From Lactobacillus sp. (lineage in GTDB: Bacteria > Bacillota > Bacilli > Lactobacillales > Lactobacillaceae): a stretch of DNA of 64,000 bases. The stretch spans positions 2,231-66,230 of the forward strand of contig JALCDX010000006.1 in NCBI GenBank assembly GCA_022641965.1. Direction: 5' to 3'. A program made the translations under genes and the position numbers. Each line of letters opens with the position of its first letter. Position 1 is the stretch's first letter. Shown in pieces: positions 43,922-53,615 of the stretch. The notes beneath the pieces were generated by a model. The model was not told the origin of the DNA. It worked only from the letters and a program-made list of their open reading frames with translations, and searched no databases.

Positions 43922-44989
43922 ATGCCGATTTATAACTATGCTGCCGGTCCGGCAACTTTGCCTAAAGAAGTTTTAAAAACTGTACAAGCTGAACTGCTTG
44001 ATTATCATCATTCCGGGATGAGCATCTTGGAAATTTCCCATCGTTCGGCTTTATTTGACGATATTATCAATCAAGCCCAAAGCCGGTTGCTGAAATTAAT
44101 GCATTTAGGCTCAGATTTTACGGTTTTATTTCTGCAAGGAGGCGGCAGCCTGCAATTTACGATGGTGCCGCTTAATTTAGCGGGCCGCTACCACCGTGTG
44201 GCTTATGCGAATACTGGCCACTGGTCTGAGCGAGCAATTGAAGAAGCCAAACGGATCCCCAACCTGCAAGTCGACCAGGTGACCGATGCTGGCCCTGAGT
44301 TTGCTACGATTCCACCTGTTCCATCCCTGACTGAGCAATACGATTATCTGCACATCACGACTAACAATACTATTTTTGGCACGGCTTATCATCAGCTGCC
44401 GCAAACTGATTGCCCACTGGTGGCTGATGCTTCGTCAAACTTTTTAGCTGAAGCCTATCCTTTTGATCAATTTGACTTGTTGTATGCTGGCGCCCAAAAG
44501 AATCTGGCGCCAGCTGGCTTAACGATCGTGGTGGTCAAAAAATCCTGCTTGCACCCAAGCGATTTGCCGACCATGCTGAACTATGAGGCACTAGCCAAGA
44601 AAAATTCATTGCTAAATACGCCGCCAGTTTTCCAAATTTATGTCGCTAATTTGGTTTTGAGATGGCTTGAGCAGCAAGGCGGCGTGGAAGCCATGGAAGA
44701 ACTGAATAAAAAGAAAGCTAATTTGATTTATGACTTTTTGGACGGTTCGAAGCTTTTCCACAATGATGTGGATCCTGCGGCCCGGTCGCTCGTGAATATT
44801 CCATTTAAGACCAATTCGAAAGGCTTGGATCAGGAGTTTATTCAAGCAGCTGCTGATCATGGTCTGCTCAATTTGAAGGGCCACCGCCTAGTGGGCGGGA
44901 TGCGGGCCAGCCTGTACAACGCCATGCCTTATGCTGGGGCAGTCGCTTTGCGGGACTTTATGGCGGAATTTGAAGCAGCGCATCTTTAA
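43922..44989 (+). CDS. serC: Phosphoserine aminotransferase
   Basis: YNYAAGPA, EISHRS, LQGGGS, AGAQKN, GHRLVGGMRASLYNA; start may be 43913. Confidence 0.93.
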   Translation: MPIYNYAAGPATLPKEVLKTVQAELLDYHHSGMSILEISHRSALFDDIINQAQSRLLKLMHLGSDFTVLFLQGGGSLQFTMVPLNLAGRYHRVAYANTGHWSERAIEEAKRIPNLQVDQVTDAGPEFATIPPVPSLTEQYDYLHITTNNTIFGTAYHQLPQTDCPLVADASSNFLAEAYPFDQFDLLYAGAQKNLAPAGLTIVVVKKSCLHPSDLPTMLNYEALAKKNSLLNTPPVFQIYVANLVLRWLEQQGGVEAMEELNKKKANLIYDFLDGSKLFHNDVDPAARSLVNIPFKTNSKGLDQEFIQAAADHGLLNLKGHRLVGGMRASLYNAMPYAGAVALRDFMAEFEAAHL

Positions 44990-45010
44990 GGACCAGAAAC
45001 GGGGCAAAAA

Positions 45011-46162
45011 ATGTACCAGATTAAAACTTACAATGCAATTGCGGCTGCGGGTCTGGCTGCCTTTACAGCCGACTATGGCATTAACCGGGGACAAGAGCCG
45101 GATGCTTATATGATCCGCAGCATTGATTTTCATGGGCATGACTTTCCAGCCAGTCTGAAAGTGATTGCCCGCTGCGGGGCAGGCTTTAATAATATTCCTT
45201 TGGGACAGGCAACTAAAGCGGGTATTGCCGTGTTTAACACCCCTGGCGGCAATGCTAATGCCGTCAAGGAATTAGTTATTGCCATGATGATCGCAACCCA
45301 GCGCAATTTGTTTGCTGCCGTTGATTGGAGTGCCCACGCTCCGGCAGGAGCAGATGTAACCTTGCGCAGTGAAAAACAAAAGAATCAGTTCAATGGGACT
45401 GAACTGGCTGGCAAAAAACTAGCTGTGCTAGGCCTGGGCCATATTGGCTCGTTAGTTGCTAACGCTGCCGTTGATTTGGGGATGCTGGTTACCGGCTATG
45501 ACCCATTCTTGTCAGTTGAATCGGCTTGGCAGCTGTCGCCGCAGGTGCAGCAGGCGCAGACTTTGCAAGAGACGGTGGCTGATGCTGATTTTATTACTGT
45601 GCATGTGCCAAAAACCCAAGAAACAACGGGGCTGATTGGGGCTCGAGAAATCGCCAGTTTTAAGCCGAATGCCGTGCTGCTCAACTATTCACGCCTGGGA
45701 ATTGTTGATAATCAAGCGGTGCTGCAGGCTTTGGACAGCGGGCAGATCAAGCATTATTGCACTGATTTCAGTGAAGCGCAAATTCTGCACAAACCCGGCA
45801 TTACTATTACGCCGCATATTGGCGGTTCGACGAAAGAGGGAGAAGCAAACTGTGCTAGACAGGCAGCTCAAGAAATCATGGCTTATCTGCAAACTGGCAG
45901 CACCTTGAATTCCGTCAACTTGCCTAATGTCAGCGCGCCCTTTGCTGGTGCGGCCCGCTTGACGATTATTCACCAAAATATTCCGAACATGCTAGGGCAA
46001 ATCACCTCAGTAATTGCTAATTTTAAACTCAATATTGAGAATTTGGTCAACCGTGCACGTGGACAAGTTGCTTATACCTTGGTTGATTTAGCTGCTTTGC
46101 CAGCTGAGCAGAGCCAGGCAGTGATTGCTGCGTTAAAGAAAATTCAGCTGTTTACCGGGTAA
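45011..46162 (+). CDS. serA: D-3-phosphoglycerate dehydrogenase with ACT domain; probable frameshift near the 3' end
   Basis: ARCGAGFNN, GLGHIG, TPHIGGST, HQNIPNML; the expected tail AVYRVRLLSK* is in another frame ending at 46179. Confidence 0.9.
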   Translation: MYQIKTYNAIAAAGLAAFTADYGINRGQEPDAYMIRSIDFHGHDFPASLKVIARCGAGFNNIPLGQATKAGIAVFNTPGGNANAVKELVIAMMIATQRNLFAAVDWSAHAPAGADVTLRSEKQKNQFNGTELAGKKLAVLGLGHIGSLVANAAVDLGMLVTGYDPFLSVESAWQLSPQVQQAQTLQETVADADFITVHVPKTQETTGLIGAREIASFKPNAVLLNYSRLGIVDNQAVLQALDSGQIKHYCTDFSEAQILHKPGITITPHIGGSTKEGEANCARQAAQEIMAYLQTGSTLNSVNLPNVSAPFAGAARLTIIHQNIPNMLGQITSVIANFKLNIENLVNRARGQVAYTLVDLAALPAEQSQAVIAALKKIQLFTG

Positions 46163-46251
46163 GGCTTTTGTCAAAATAAATTGATTTGCAAGTATAAAAA
46201 AACAAGCTTATTAAGAAGCTTGTTTTTTGTTGGGTAAATTTACTGTTTAAA

Positions 46252-46932
46252 TTAATGCAAAAATTCGCCAGGGTGCTCATCACTCATTAAAGTGATGCCA
46301 GCTTGCAGGTCTTCGACTTCAGCGACAACGAACCCTTTCTTTTGAATGCGGGCCACAATATTTTCCATCGTCGTCTTGGAGACGCCTTCAGGCAGGGTGA
46401 ACAAAGTGCGGCGGACGTACTCGCCCTTGCCGACATCTAAAGTCAAACAGCCAGCTAAGTTGGAATATTTGTAAATAGCTTTGACAATCTTAGTCAAATT
46501 GCCGCGACGGTTGTCAGACAAAACAGTCAAAACGTAAGAGCCATCGTTGATGTTCCAAGCGTCAGACAGCATGTTCAGCAGGCTGGAGTGGGTCAAGATG
46601 CCGTAGAATTTGTTGTCTTCATCCAAAACTGCAATGTAAGGCAAGTCTTTAATATTGAAGAAGACCTTGTAGAAAGGCGAGTTGACCTTGATGGTCTTAG
46701 TAGCGTTTTTCAGCAAGTAAGTCACTGGCATACTCATATCGCCGCCTTGCGATTTGTGGCGGTAAATGTGCATCTTGTAGATATTGCCGCGAAAGATCGT
46801 GCCAGTGTCATCAAGAATTGGAACACACCGGTAGCCTGAATCTTCTAAAGTCTTTAATGCCTCTGCCAGGGTTGCTTTTTCATTGACTGTCGTAAGGTAG
46901 TCCTTTTTCAGGACTAATGGTTTAATCAGCAT
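46252..46932 (-). CDS. cbpA: CBS-domain cyclic di-AMP-binding protein CbpA-like
   Basis: GYRCVPILD, FRGNIYKMHIY, FYGILTH tandem CBS domains plus ACT-like C-terminus. Confidence 0.8.
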   Translation of the reverse strand: MLIKPLVLKKDYLTTVNEKATLAEALKTLEDSGYRCVPILDDTGTIFRGNIYKMHIYRHKSQGGDMSMPVTYLLKNATKTIKVNSPFYKVFFNIKDLPYIAVLDEDNKFYGILTHSSLLNMLSDAWNINDGSYVLTVLSDNRRGNLTKIVKAIYKYSNLAGCLTLDVGKGEYVRRTLFTLPEGVSKTTMENIVARIQKKGFVVAEVEDLQAGITLMSDEHPGEFLH

Positions 46933-47070
46933 TAGACAATCCTCCCATTTTCAATCAAATTTTAAGTCTATTTTAACAATTATTTTGGCAAGAAAAAAGC
47001 ATGAAACTTCAGCAAAGCTGAACTTATTTGCTGTGTGCTATAATCAATGAGCAAGTAAGAGGAGTATGGC

Positions 47071-47628
47071 ATGAAATTAATCGCAGGCCTGGGCAATCCA
47101 GGCAGCAAATATGACAAAACTAAGCACAATACCGGCTTTATGACGATTGACAATTTTTTGGTCAAAGAAGGCTGGTCGCTGGACAAAGACAAATTTGCCG
47201 GGCACTGGACCAAGCGCAAACTAGCTGGCGAAGACGTAATTTTAGTGGAGCCGCAGACTTATATGAATGATTCTGGGCGTTGCATCGCCCAAGTCGCCAA
47301 TTTCTTCAAAATCGCGCCTGCTGATATTTTGATCATTCACGATGATATGGACCTGCCTTTAGGCAAACTCAGAATTAAGCAGGGCGGCAAATCTGGCGGC
47401 CACAACGGCATCAAATCAATCATTAGCTGTTTAGGCACGACCGACTTCAACCGGCTGAAAATTGGCATTCGCCATCCGCGCCAAACTTCAGTTGTTTCTT
47501 GGGTTTTGACCCCATTTAATGCCGAGCAAAGTCAAAAAATGGAAGCTGCGTTTGAAACAGCTGCGGATGCAATTGAAGACTTTGCGGCTGGCAAAAATGC
47601 TCAGTTTTTGATGAATAAATATAATTAA
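47071..47628 (+). CDS. pth: Peptidyl-tRNA hydrolase
   Basis: GLGNPG, TKHNTGF, PQTYMN, HDDMD, GGHNGIKS. Confidence 0.95.
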   Translation: MKLIAGLGNPGSKYDKTKHNTGFMTIDNFLVKEGWSLDKDKFAGHWTKRKLAGEDVILVEPQTYMNDSGRCIAQVANFFKIAPADILIIHDDMDLPLGKLRIKQGGKSGGHNGIKSIISCLGTTDFNRLKIGIRHPRQTSVVSWVLTPFNAEQSQKMEAAFETAADAIEDFAAGKNAQFLMNKYN

Positions 47629-47636
47629 CAAACGCA

Positions 47637-50600
47637 ATGAAATTTAACGAATTAATCAGCCAGGACCAAGCACTGACTGATTTTTTAAATCAAACAAAAA
47701 ATAAAGGCAATTCGCTGCTGACTGGCATCAATTCTGGTTCTTTGCCAGTCCTGCTGATGCAGCTAGTGCAGGTTCAGCAGCGACCGCTCTTGTTAGTAGA
47801 AGAAAATGAGCATAAAGCACAGGATGCTTATGCCGCATTGCATGAAGCCTTAGATGACGAAACAGTTTATTTGTTTGCGGTTGACAGTACTTTAGCTACC
47901 GCAGGGGCAACTGCTTCAGCTGATGAATTGGCTTCCCGTTTGGATGCCCTGCGCTTTTTATTGTCGGGCAAGCCTGGGGTCGTCGTGACGACTCCGCAAG
48001 GGCTGCAAATGAAATTGTCGCAGCCGCAGGCGTTCAAGCAGGACAAATTGACCCTGCAGCTTGAGCAGGAATATGACTTGGAACAGGTCAGTCAGTGGCT
48101 GGTTGGCGCAGGCTATACCCGGCAGCCTTTAGTTGCTCGTCCGGGAGAATTTGCCCTGCGCGGGGACATCTTGGATGTTTATCCCTTAAATCTTGACGAG
48201 CCGCTAAGATTAGAATTTTTCGGGGATGAGCTGGATGCTGTCAAAAGCTTTGACCCGTCTACGCAACGGTCGCTGTCAGAACTCAAACAGGCAGCTATTT
48301 TGCCAGCAACTGACCGAGTATTTGCTAAACAAGATCTGCTGGCAGCTGGACAGGCGCTGAAACAAGACTTGCAAGCTGCCGGCCAGTCCGAATTGACTGA
48401 TAAATTCAGCGATGATGCTGATAATTTGCTGGCAGGGCAAATCCCAGCAGATTATGCTTTTCTGATTGATTATTTGCTGCCGGAGCCAGCTAATTTGACG
48501 GCTTATTTGTCAAAGACTGGTTTGCTAATGTTTGATGACTGGTCCCTGATTAAGAAAAATATTCAAGACGTCGATCAAGCTAATAGCGAATTTATCAAAG
48601 AAGAGCAGGACACAGGCTTGTGGCTATCGCGTCAGCACTTGCGCTTTGATTGGAAACAGGTTTTAACTAAAGATCAGCATCACCGCTTGTATCTGTCCAT
48701 GTTTCAAAAAAGTATGGGCCGCATCAAGCTAAAGCAGCTTTATAATTGGCCAACACGGTTGCCGGAGCAATTTTTCTCCAAGGTGGAACTGGTCAAAACG
48801 CGGCTGAAAGAATTTGCCAAAAGCAAGCAAACAGTGATTCTGCAAGCTGATAATCCCCGCCGTCTGCGGCAAATGTCGGAAACCTTTGCTCAGTACGGGA
48901 TTTTGCTGCCGACTGTCAAATTGGACAGCATTGTGCCGGGTGAAGCACAATTTTTAGTAGGCGATTTTTTAACTGGCTTCGTCCTGCCACAAGTTTCACT
49001 AGTCTATTTGACAGAGCGGGAATTGTTCAATGCTCAGCGCCATAAAAAACGCCGCATCAAAACGCTGGACAATGCCCAGCGGCTGCGCAACTATACTGAG
49101 CTGAAGCCTGGCGACTATGTAGTCCACGTCAATCACGGGATTGGGCGCTTCGAAGGCATCAAGACCCTGTCAGTTGATGGGCAAAAGCGCGATTACATCA
49201 CGATTACCTACCAGCATGGCGATCAATTATTCGTTCCTGCTGAACAGCTGCGGCTAGTCCAAAAATATACTGCTTCAGAAGGCCATCGCCCGCACATCAA
49301 TAAGCTGGGCGGCAGTGAATGGGCGAAAACCAAGCGTAAAGTTGCTGCTAAAGTTGAAGATATCGCTGACGATTTAGTCGAACTATATGCCAAGCGCGAA
49401 TCAGAAAAAGGCTTTGCTTTTTCACCAGATAATGAATATCAGCGCGAGTTTGAGGCTGCCTTTCCCTATGTTGAAACGCCTGATCAGCTGCAAGCTGCTA
49501 AAGAGGTCAAAGACGATATGGAAAAGCCGCGGCCAATGGACCGGCTGCTAGTCGGCGATGTTGGTTTCGGCAAAACTGAAGTGGCGCTGCGAGCAGCTTT
49601 TAAAGCCATTCAAGATAATAAGCAGGTGGCCTTCTTAGTCCCGACCACAATTCTGGCGCAGCAGCATTACCAGACCATGCAGGAGCGGTTTAAAAATTTC
49701 CCAGTTGATTTTGCCATGCTTTCGCGTTTTCAGGGCGCCAAAGAAAGCAAGCAGATTCTGGCTGGCCTAGCCGATGGCAGCATTGATATTGTGGTTGGCA
49801 CCCACCGCCTCTTGTCAAAAGACGTGCATTTTAAAGACCTCGGTTTGCTGATCATTGATGAAGAACAGCGCTTTGGCGTGAAGCATAAAGAAAAACTCAA
49901 GCAGCTTAAGGCTAATGTCGATGTATTGACTTTAACCGCCACCCCAATTCCCCGCACCCTGCACATGTCGATGGTTGGCGTGCGCGATTTGTCAGTGATG
50001 GAAACGCCGCCGCAAAACCGCTTTCCAATTCAAACCTATGTCATGGAAGAGATGCCGTCGGTTGTCAAAGAGGCCTGCCGGCGTGAAATGGCTAGAAATG
50101 GGCAAATTTTCTTCTTGCACAACCGGATTGATGACATTGATGAAACTACTGCCCGTCTGCAGAAAATGCTGCCTGAGGCCAAAATCGAATATATCCATGG
50201 CCGCATGCCACAAGAGCAGCTGGAAGATGTTTTGTACCGGTTTATTCACAATGAATTTGATATTTTGGTAACCACGACCATCATTGAAACTGGGATTGAC
50301 ATGCCCAATGTGAATACCATGATTATTGAAAATGCTGACCGCTATGGCTTAAGCCAGCTGTATCAGCTGCGCGGGCGGATTGGCCGCAGTGCGCGCCTGG
50401 CTTATGCTTACTTTTTGTATCAGCCTAATAAAGTGCTGACCGAAGTCGGAGAAAAGCGGCTGGACGCGATTCGCGACTTTACTGAACTGGGTTCAGGCTT
50501 CAAAATTGCCATGCGTGATTTGGCCATTCGCGGGGCTGGCAACATGCTAGGCAAGCAGCAGCATGGCTTCATTGATAGCGTAGGCTATGATTTGTATGCC

Positions 50601-51125
50601 CAAATGCTGTCTGACGCGATTAAGAACAAGCAAGGCAAAAAACAAGCGGCGATCTCTAATGCTGAGGTCAATTTGCAGGTTGAAGCTTATATCCCAGATG
50701 ACTATATCAGCGACCAAGAGCAAAAAATCGAATTCTACAAACGCATTAAAGCTGCACAGGACAAAGTTGAACTGCAGTCAATTGAAGATGAATTGGTCGA
50801 CCGCTTTGGCGATTACCCGCAAGCAGTTGAAAGCCTGCTAGCAGTTGCCAAATTGAAACTGGCTGCCGATTGGGCGCAGATTCTGCTCGTGCAAAAGTTA
50901 ACTGGTAAAATTAAAGTTGTCTTCAGCAATCGTGCGACAAAGGAACTAGAAGGGCCGAATATTTTTAGGGCGCTTGAACATGTTGACCTGCGGGCGCGGG
51001 TCTCGCTCAATCCTGCCCAGCGGCTGGTGGTGCTGCTCGAATTGCCAAGAAAATTGAAACCGCGGGTATTGTTTAACGAATTAGCAACGTTTTTCAACGG
51101 TGCAGGTAAAATCGTTCAGAGATAA
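47637..51125 (+). CDS. mfd: Transcription-repair coupling factor
   Basis: RGDILD, VVHVNHGIG, GDVGFGKTEVA, DEEQRFGV, QLRGRIGR, RGAGN. Confidence 0.96.
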   Translation: MKFNELISQDQALTDFLNQTKNKGNSLLTGINSGSLPVLLMQLVQVQQRPLLLVEENEHKAQDAYAALHEALDDETVYLFAVDSTLATAGATASADELASRLDALRFLLSGKPGVVVTTPQGLQMKLSQPQAFKQDKLTLQLEQEYDLEQVSQWLVGAGYTRQPLVARPGEFALRGDILDVYPLNLDEPLRLEFFGDELDAVKSFDPSTQRSLSELKQAAILPATDRVFAKQDLLAAGQALKQDLQAAGQSELTDKFSDDADNLLAGQIPADYAFLIDYLLPEPANLTAYLSKTGLLMFDDWSLIKKNIQDVDQANSEFIKEEQDTGLWLSRQHLRFDWKQVLTKDQHHRLYLSMFQKSMGRIKLKQLYNWPTRLPEQFFSKVELVKTRLKEFAKSKQTVILQADNPRRLRQMSETFAQYGILLPTVKLDSIVPGEAQFLVGDFLTGFVLPQVSLVYLTERELFNAQRHKKRRIKTLDNAQRLRNYTELKPGDYVVHVNHGIGRFEGIKTLSVDGQKRDYITITYQHGDQLFVPAEQLRLVQKYTASEGHRPHINKLGGSEWAKTKRKVAAKVEDIADDLVELYAKRESEKGFAFSPDNEYQREFEAAFPYVETPDQLQAAKEVKDDMEKPRPMDRLLVGDVGFGKTEVALRAAFKAIQDNKQVAFLVPTTILAQQHYQTMQERFKNFPVDFAMLSRFQGAKESKQILAGLADGSIDIVVGTHRLLSKDVHFKDLGLLIIDEEQRFGVKHKEKLKQLKANVDVLTLTATPIPRTLHMSMVGVRDLSVMETPPQNRFPIQTYVMEEMPSVVKEACRREMARNGQIFFLHNRIDDIDETTARLQKMLPEAKIEYIHGRMPQEQLEDVLYRFIHNEFDILVTTTIIETGIDMPNVNTMIIENADRYGLSQLYQLRGRIGRSARLAYAYFLYQPNKVLTEVGEKRLDAIRDFTELGSGFKIAMRDLAIRGAGNMLGKQQHGFIDSVGYDLYAQMLSDAIKNKQGKKQAAISNAEVNLQVEAYIPDDYISDQEQKIEFYKRIKAAQDKVELQSIEDELVDRFGDYPQAVESLLAVAKLKLAADWAQILLVQKLTGKIKVVFSNRATKELEGPNIFRALEHVDLRARVSLNPAQRLVVLLELPRKLKPRVLFNELATFFNGAGKIVQR

Positions 51126-51143
51126 AATAACAAAGGAGCAAAA

Positions 51144-51386
51144 ATGAGACTTGATAAGTTTTTAAAAGTTTCACGGCTGGTAAAACGTCGTCCAGTCGCT
51201 AAAGAAATGGCTGAACAGGGCCGGGTCAGCGTTAATGATCGAGTCGTTAAATCCAGTTATGACGTGCAGCCAGGCGATATCATCGCTATTAATTTTGGGA
51301 CGCGGACGCTCAAAGCGAAAGTTGTGGAACTTAAGCAAACGACTAAAAAAGCAGAGGCAAGTAAGCTCTATGAGCTGATTGACTAA
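51144..51386 (+). CDS. S4 RNA-binding domain protein (YabO/RqcP family)
   Basis: MRLDKFLKVSRLVKRR; conserved position after mfd. Confidence 0.88.
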   Translation: MRLDKFLKVSRLVKRRPVAKEMAEQGRVSVNDRVVKSSYDVQPGDIIAINFGTRTLKAKVVELKQTTKKAEASKLYELID

Positions 51387-51450
51387 TGACATCTGGCCTC
51401 AAGATTGTTATAATTAAACGTAGTTTTGTGCACAATCGAGGTCGGCAAAA

Positions 51451-51828
51451 ATGAATAATCCAAGAATATATAACGCATTAAGTGATGAAGCTCGAGTCCA
51501 GCGGCTGTTAAAAAAGCAGCAGCGCCATGAACGCGAAGTGCACCGTGTTCGGCGCAACCGGATTATTGCCGTCTTCGCTATTGTGTTCATATTTTTGGGT
51601 ATTCAGCTCGGCGTTAAGCTGATGCAAACTAGACAAATCAACCAGCAGGTTGCCAGCCAGCAGCATGCAGTGACAAAAATCAAGCATCAGAACAAGCAGC
51701 TGCGTGAGAAAGTCAGCGACCTCAAGGATCCCAACTATTTGGGAAAAATGATCCGTTATAAGTATTACTACTCTAAATCTGGCGAAACCATCTACACCAT
51801 TCCAGAAAAGGCGGAGGATGATCAATGA
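51451..51828 (+). CDS. divIC: Septum formation initiator DivIC/FtsB family
   Basis: Basic N-terminus, one TM helix, coiled coil, YYSKSGE. Confidence 0.85.
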   Translation: MNNPRIYNALSDEARVQRLLKKQQRHEREVHRVRRNRIIAVFAIVFIFLGIQLGVKLMQTRQINQQVASQQHAVTKIKHQNKQLREKVSDLKDPNYLGKMIRYKYYYSKSGETIYTIPEKAEDDQ

Positions 51829-52187
51829 TCTATCCCGTTGGTCAGCGCGTTAATGGCCAGATTAACAATATTACCGACCTGGGCATCTTTGTCAGTCTGG
51901 ACCAGCATCATTCTGGGCTGGTTCACCATTCTGACTTTGGCCAGGAATGGCCATTAGCTCAAAGACGCTATGAAGTTGGGCAAACGGTGCGAGTTGTGGT
52001 TGATCGCCGCCGCGGGCGGCAAATTGGCTTATCGCTGAACCGGGTAAACGATGATCAGCTGGTAGATCCGACTAATGATTACCGCAACCTGGCCCCGGCC
52101 GATTTTGAACGTGTTTTAGAAAAATTAGTCCGCCGGGCGGAGCAGGAAAATCACCGCTTTGCTAAACTAATTGCCGATGAACACTAA
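51825..52187 (+). CDS. S1 RNA-binding domain protein (YabR-like)
   Basis: VGQRVNGQINNITDLGIFV...GLVHHSD S1 pattern. Confidence 0.82.
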   Translation: MIYPVGQRVNGQINNITDLGIFVSLDQHHSGLVHHSDFGQEWPLAQRRYEVGQTVRVVVDRRRGRQIGLSLNRVNDDQLVDPTNDYRNLAPADFERVLEKLVRRAEQENHRFAKLIADEH

Positions 52188-52226
52188 TGATGGCACAGCT
52201 AAGGCTGTGCTTTTTTGATGGGATAA

Positions 52227-53471
52227 TTGCTCATGACACAAACGCTTATGGCTGCTCTGCAGCAGCTTCAGTTGCCTTGGCAGGGCAAAACTTTAATAGT
52301 AGCAGCCTCAGCCGGTCCAGATTCAATGGCTCTGCTGGATATGGCTCGGCAGCTCACGGGGGCTAAAGTTATTGCTGCTCATTTTGACCACCAGCTGCGT
52401 CCTGATAGTCACCGGGAAACTCAGCTTTTGCAGGCTTATTGCCGGGCTCATCAGCTAACTTGCTTGACTGCTAAGTGGCCGCGCAAGCAGCAGCCAAAAG
52501 CGGGCATTGAAGCAGCCGCGCGGACTGCGCGCTATCGTTTTTTAGACCAGGTTTGTCAGCAGAATCAGGCTGATTATTTGCTGACAGCTCACCACGGGGA
52601 TGACCTGCTGGAAAATATTTTGCTCAAGCTGCTGCGGTCTGGCTACCCGCGTGAGATGAACGGACTGCATCCCGTCAGCCAGCGTCCAGGCTATTTGCTA
52701 GTCAGGCCGCTTTTGTCCTGGAGCAAGGCTGACCTGGCTAAGTATGACCGCGAGCGCCAAATTGAATTTGTGACCGATCAGACTAATTTTGAGCCAGTAA
52801 CCTTGCGCAACCAGTTAAGACTGGAGATCGTACCAGCTTTGAAAAAATTCAGCCCGGATTTATTGCGCAATGCTAATCGTTTTGCGGAGGCAATGTCCCA
52901 GCTGGAAGCTGAGCGGGCTGCGTATTTTGCTAATTTCCCTCTGGCTAAAGACTTGCTGCCTGGCGTGTTGTTAGCTCCTAAAACTCCTAATCCGGATTAT
53001 TATGCCTGGCTGGTTGAACAGCGCTGGCAGCGGCAGGTCAATTTTAACCACAACTGGAATCAGCATGAGTTTGCAGTGCAGTTTTATCAGCAGCAGGCTT
53101 TTGTCAGTAATAAGCAGCAATTGCCAGCGCTTACTCAAAATCGTCAGCCAATTAAAGTGGATGAGCCATTTGTTTTTGCTGGCCGAACTTGGCTATTGTC
53201 GACTAGCAAAAATGATAGTGAGCTGGATTATTTTTACGGACCAGTCACTGCCCATTGGTTTGCAGGCAGCCTGCAAGCTGGCGATCGGCTGCAGACGGCT
53301 GCGGGCTTGCGCGTGAAGCCTAAAAAATTCTTTCAGGTGCCAGCTAGTTTGCGGCCGCTATGCTTAGGCATTTTTAATGGCAAGCAGCCTTGGTTTGTGC
53401 AAGGAACTTATCGCTGGCAAAAATTTTCCAAGTCGTATATTAGATATAGCGTGCAAGCTCTGTTAAAATGA
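52227..53471 (+). CDS. tilS: tRNA(Ile)-lysidine synthase
   Basis: ASAGPDSMAL, DHQLR, EAAARTARY, TAHHGDD, RPLL, RNQLR. Confidence 0.92.
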   Translation: MLMTQTLMAALQQLQLPWQGKTLIVAASAGPDSMALLDMARQLTGAKVIAAHFDHQLRPDSHRETQLLQAYCRAHQLTCLTAKWPRKQQPKAGIEAAARTARYRFLDQVCQQNQADYLLTAHHGDDLLENILLKLLRSGYPREMNGLHPVSQRPGYLLVRPLLSWSKADLAKYDRERQIEFVTDQTNFEPVTLRNQLRLEIVPALKKFSPDLLRNANRFAEAMSQLEAERAAYFANFPLAKDLLPGVLLAPKTPNPDYYAWLVEQRWQRQVNFNHNWNQHEFAVQFYQQQAFVSNKQQLPALTQNRQPIKVDEPFVFAGRTWLLSTSKNDSELDYFYGPVTAHWFAGSLQAGDRLQTAAGLRVKPKKFFQVPASLRPLCLGIFNGKQPWFVQGTYRWQKFSKSYIRYSVQALLK

Positions 53472-53533
53472 TGAGCGAGTAGGTATTTCATTAGGAATCG
53501 ACCAGAAAAAGTGTTAAACTTTTTCTATTCTGA

Positions 53534-53615
53534 TTAGAAATTACCGGAGGTAATCTATGAAAAATAGACGGAATTTAGAAATTACCGGAGGTAATCTATG
53601 AAAAATAGACGGAAT
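53534..53615 (+). repeat. Exact 41-bp tandem duplication covering the ftsH RBS, start and first 6 codons
   Basis: TTAGAAATTACCGGAGGTAATCTATGAAAAATAGACGGAAT twice (53534-53574, 53575-53615). Confidence 0.95.
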
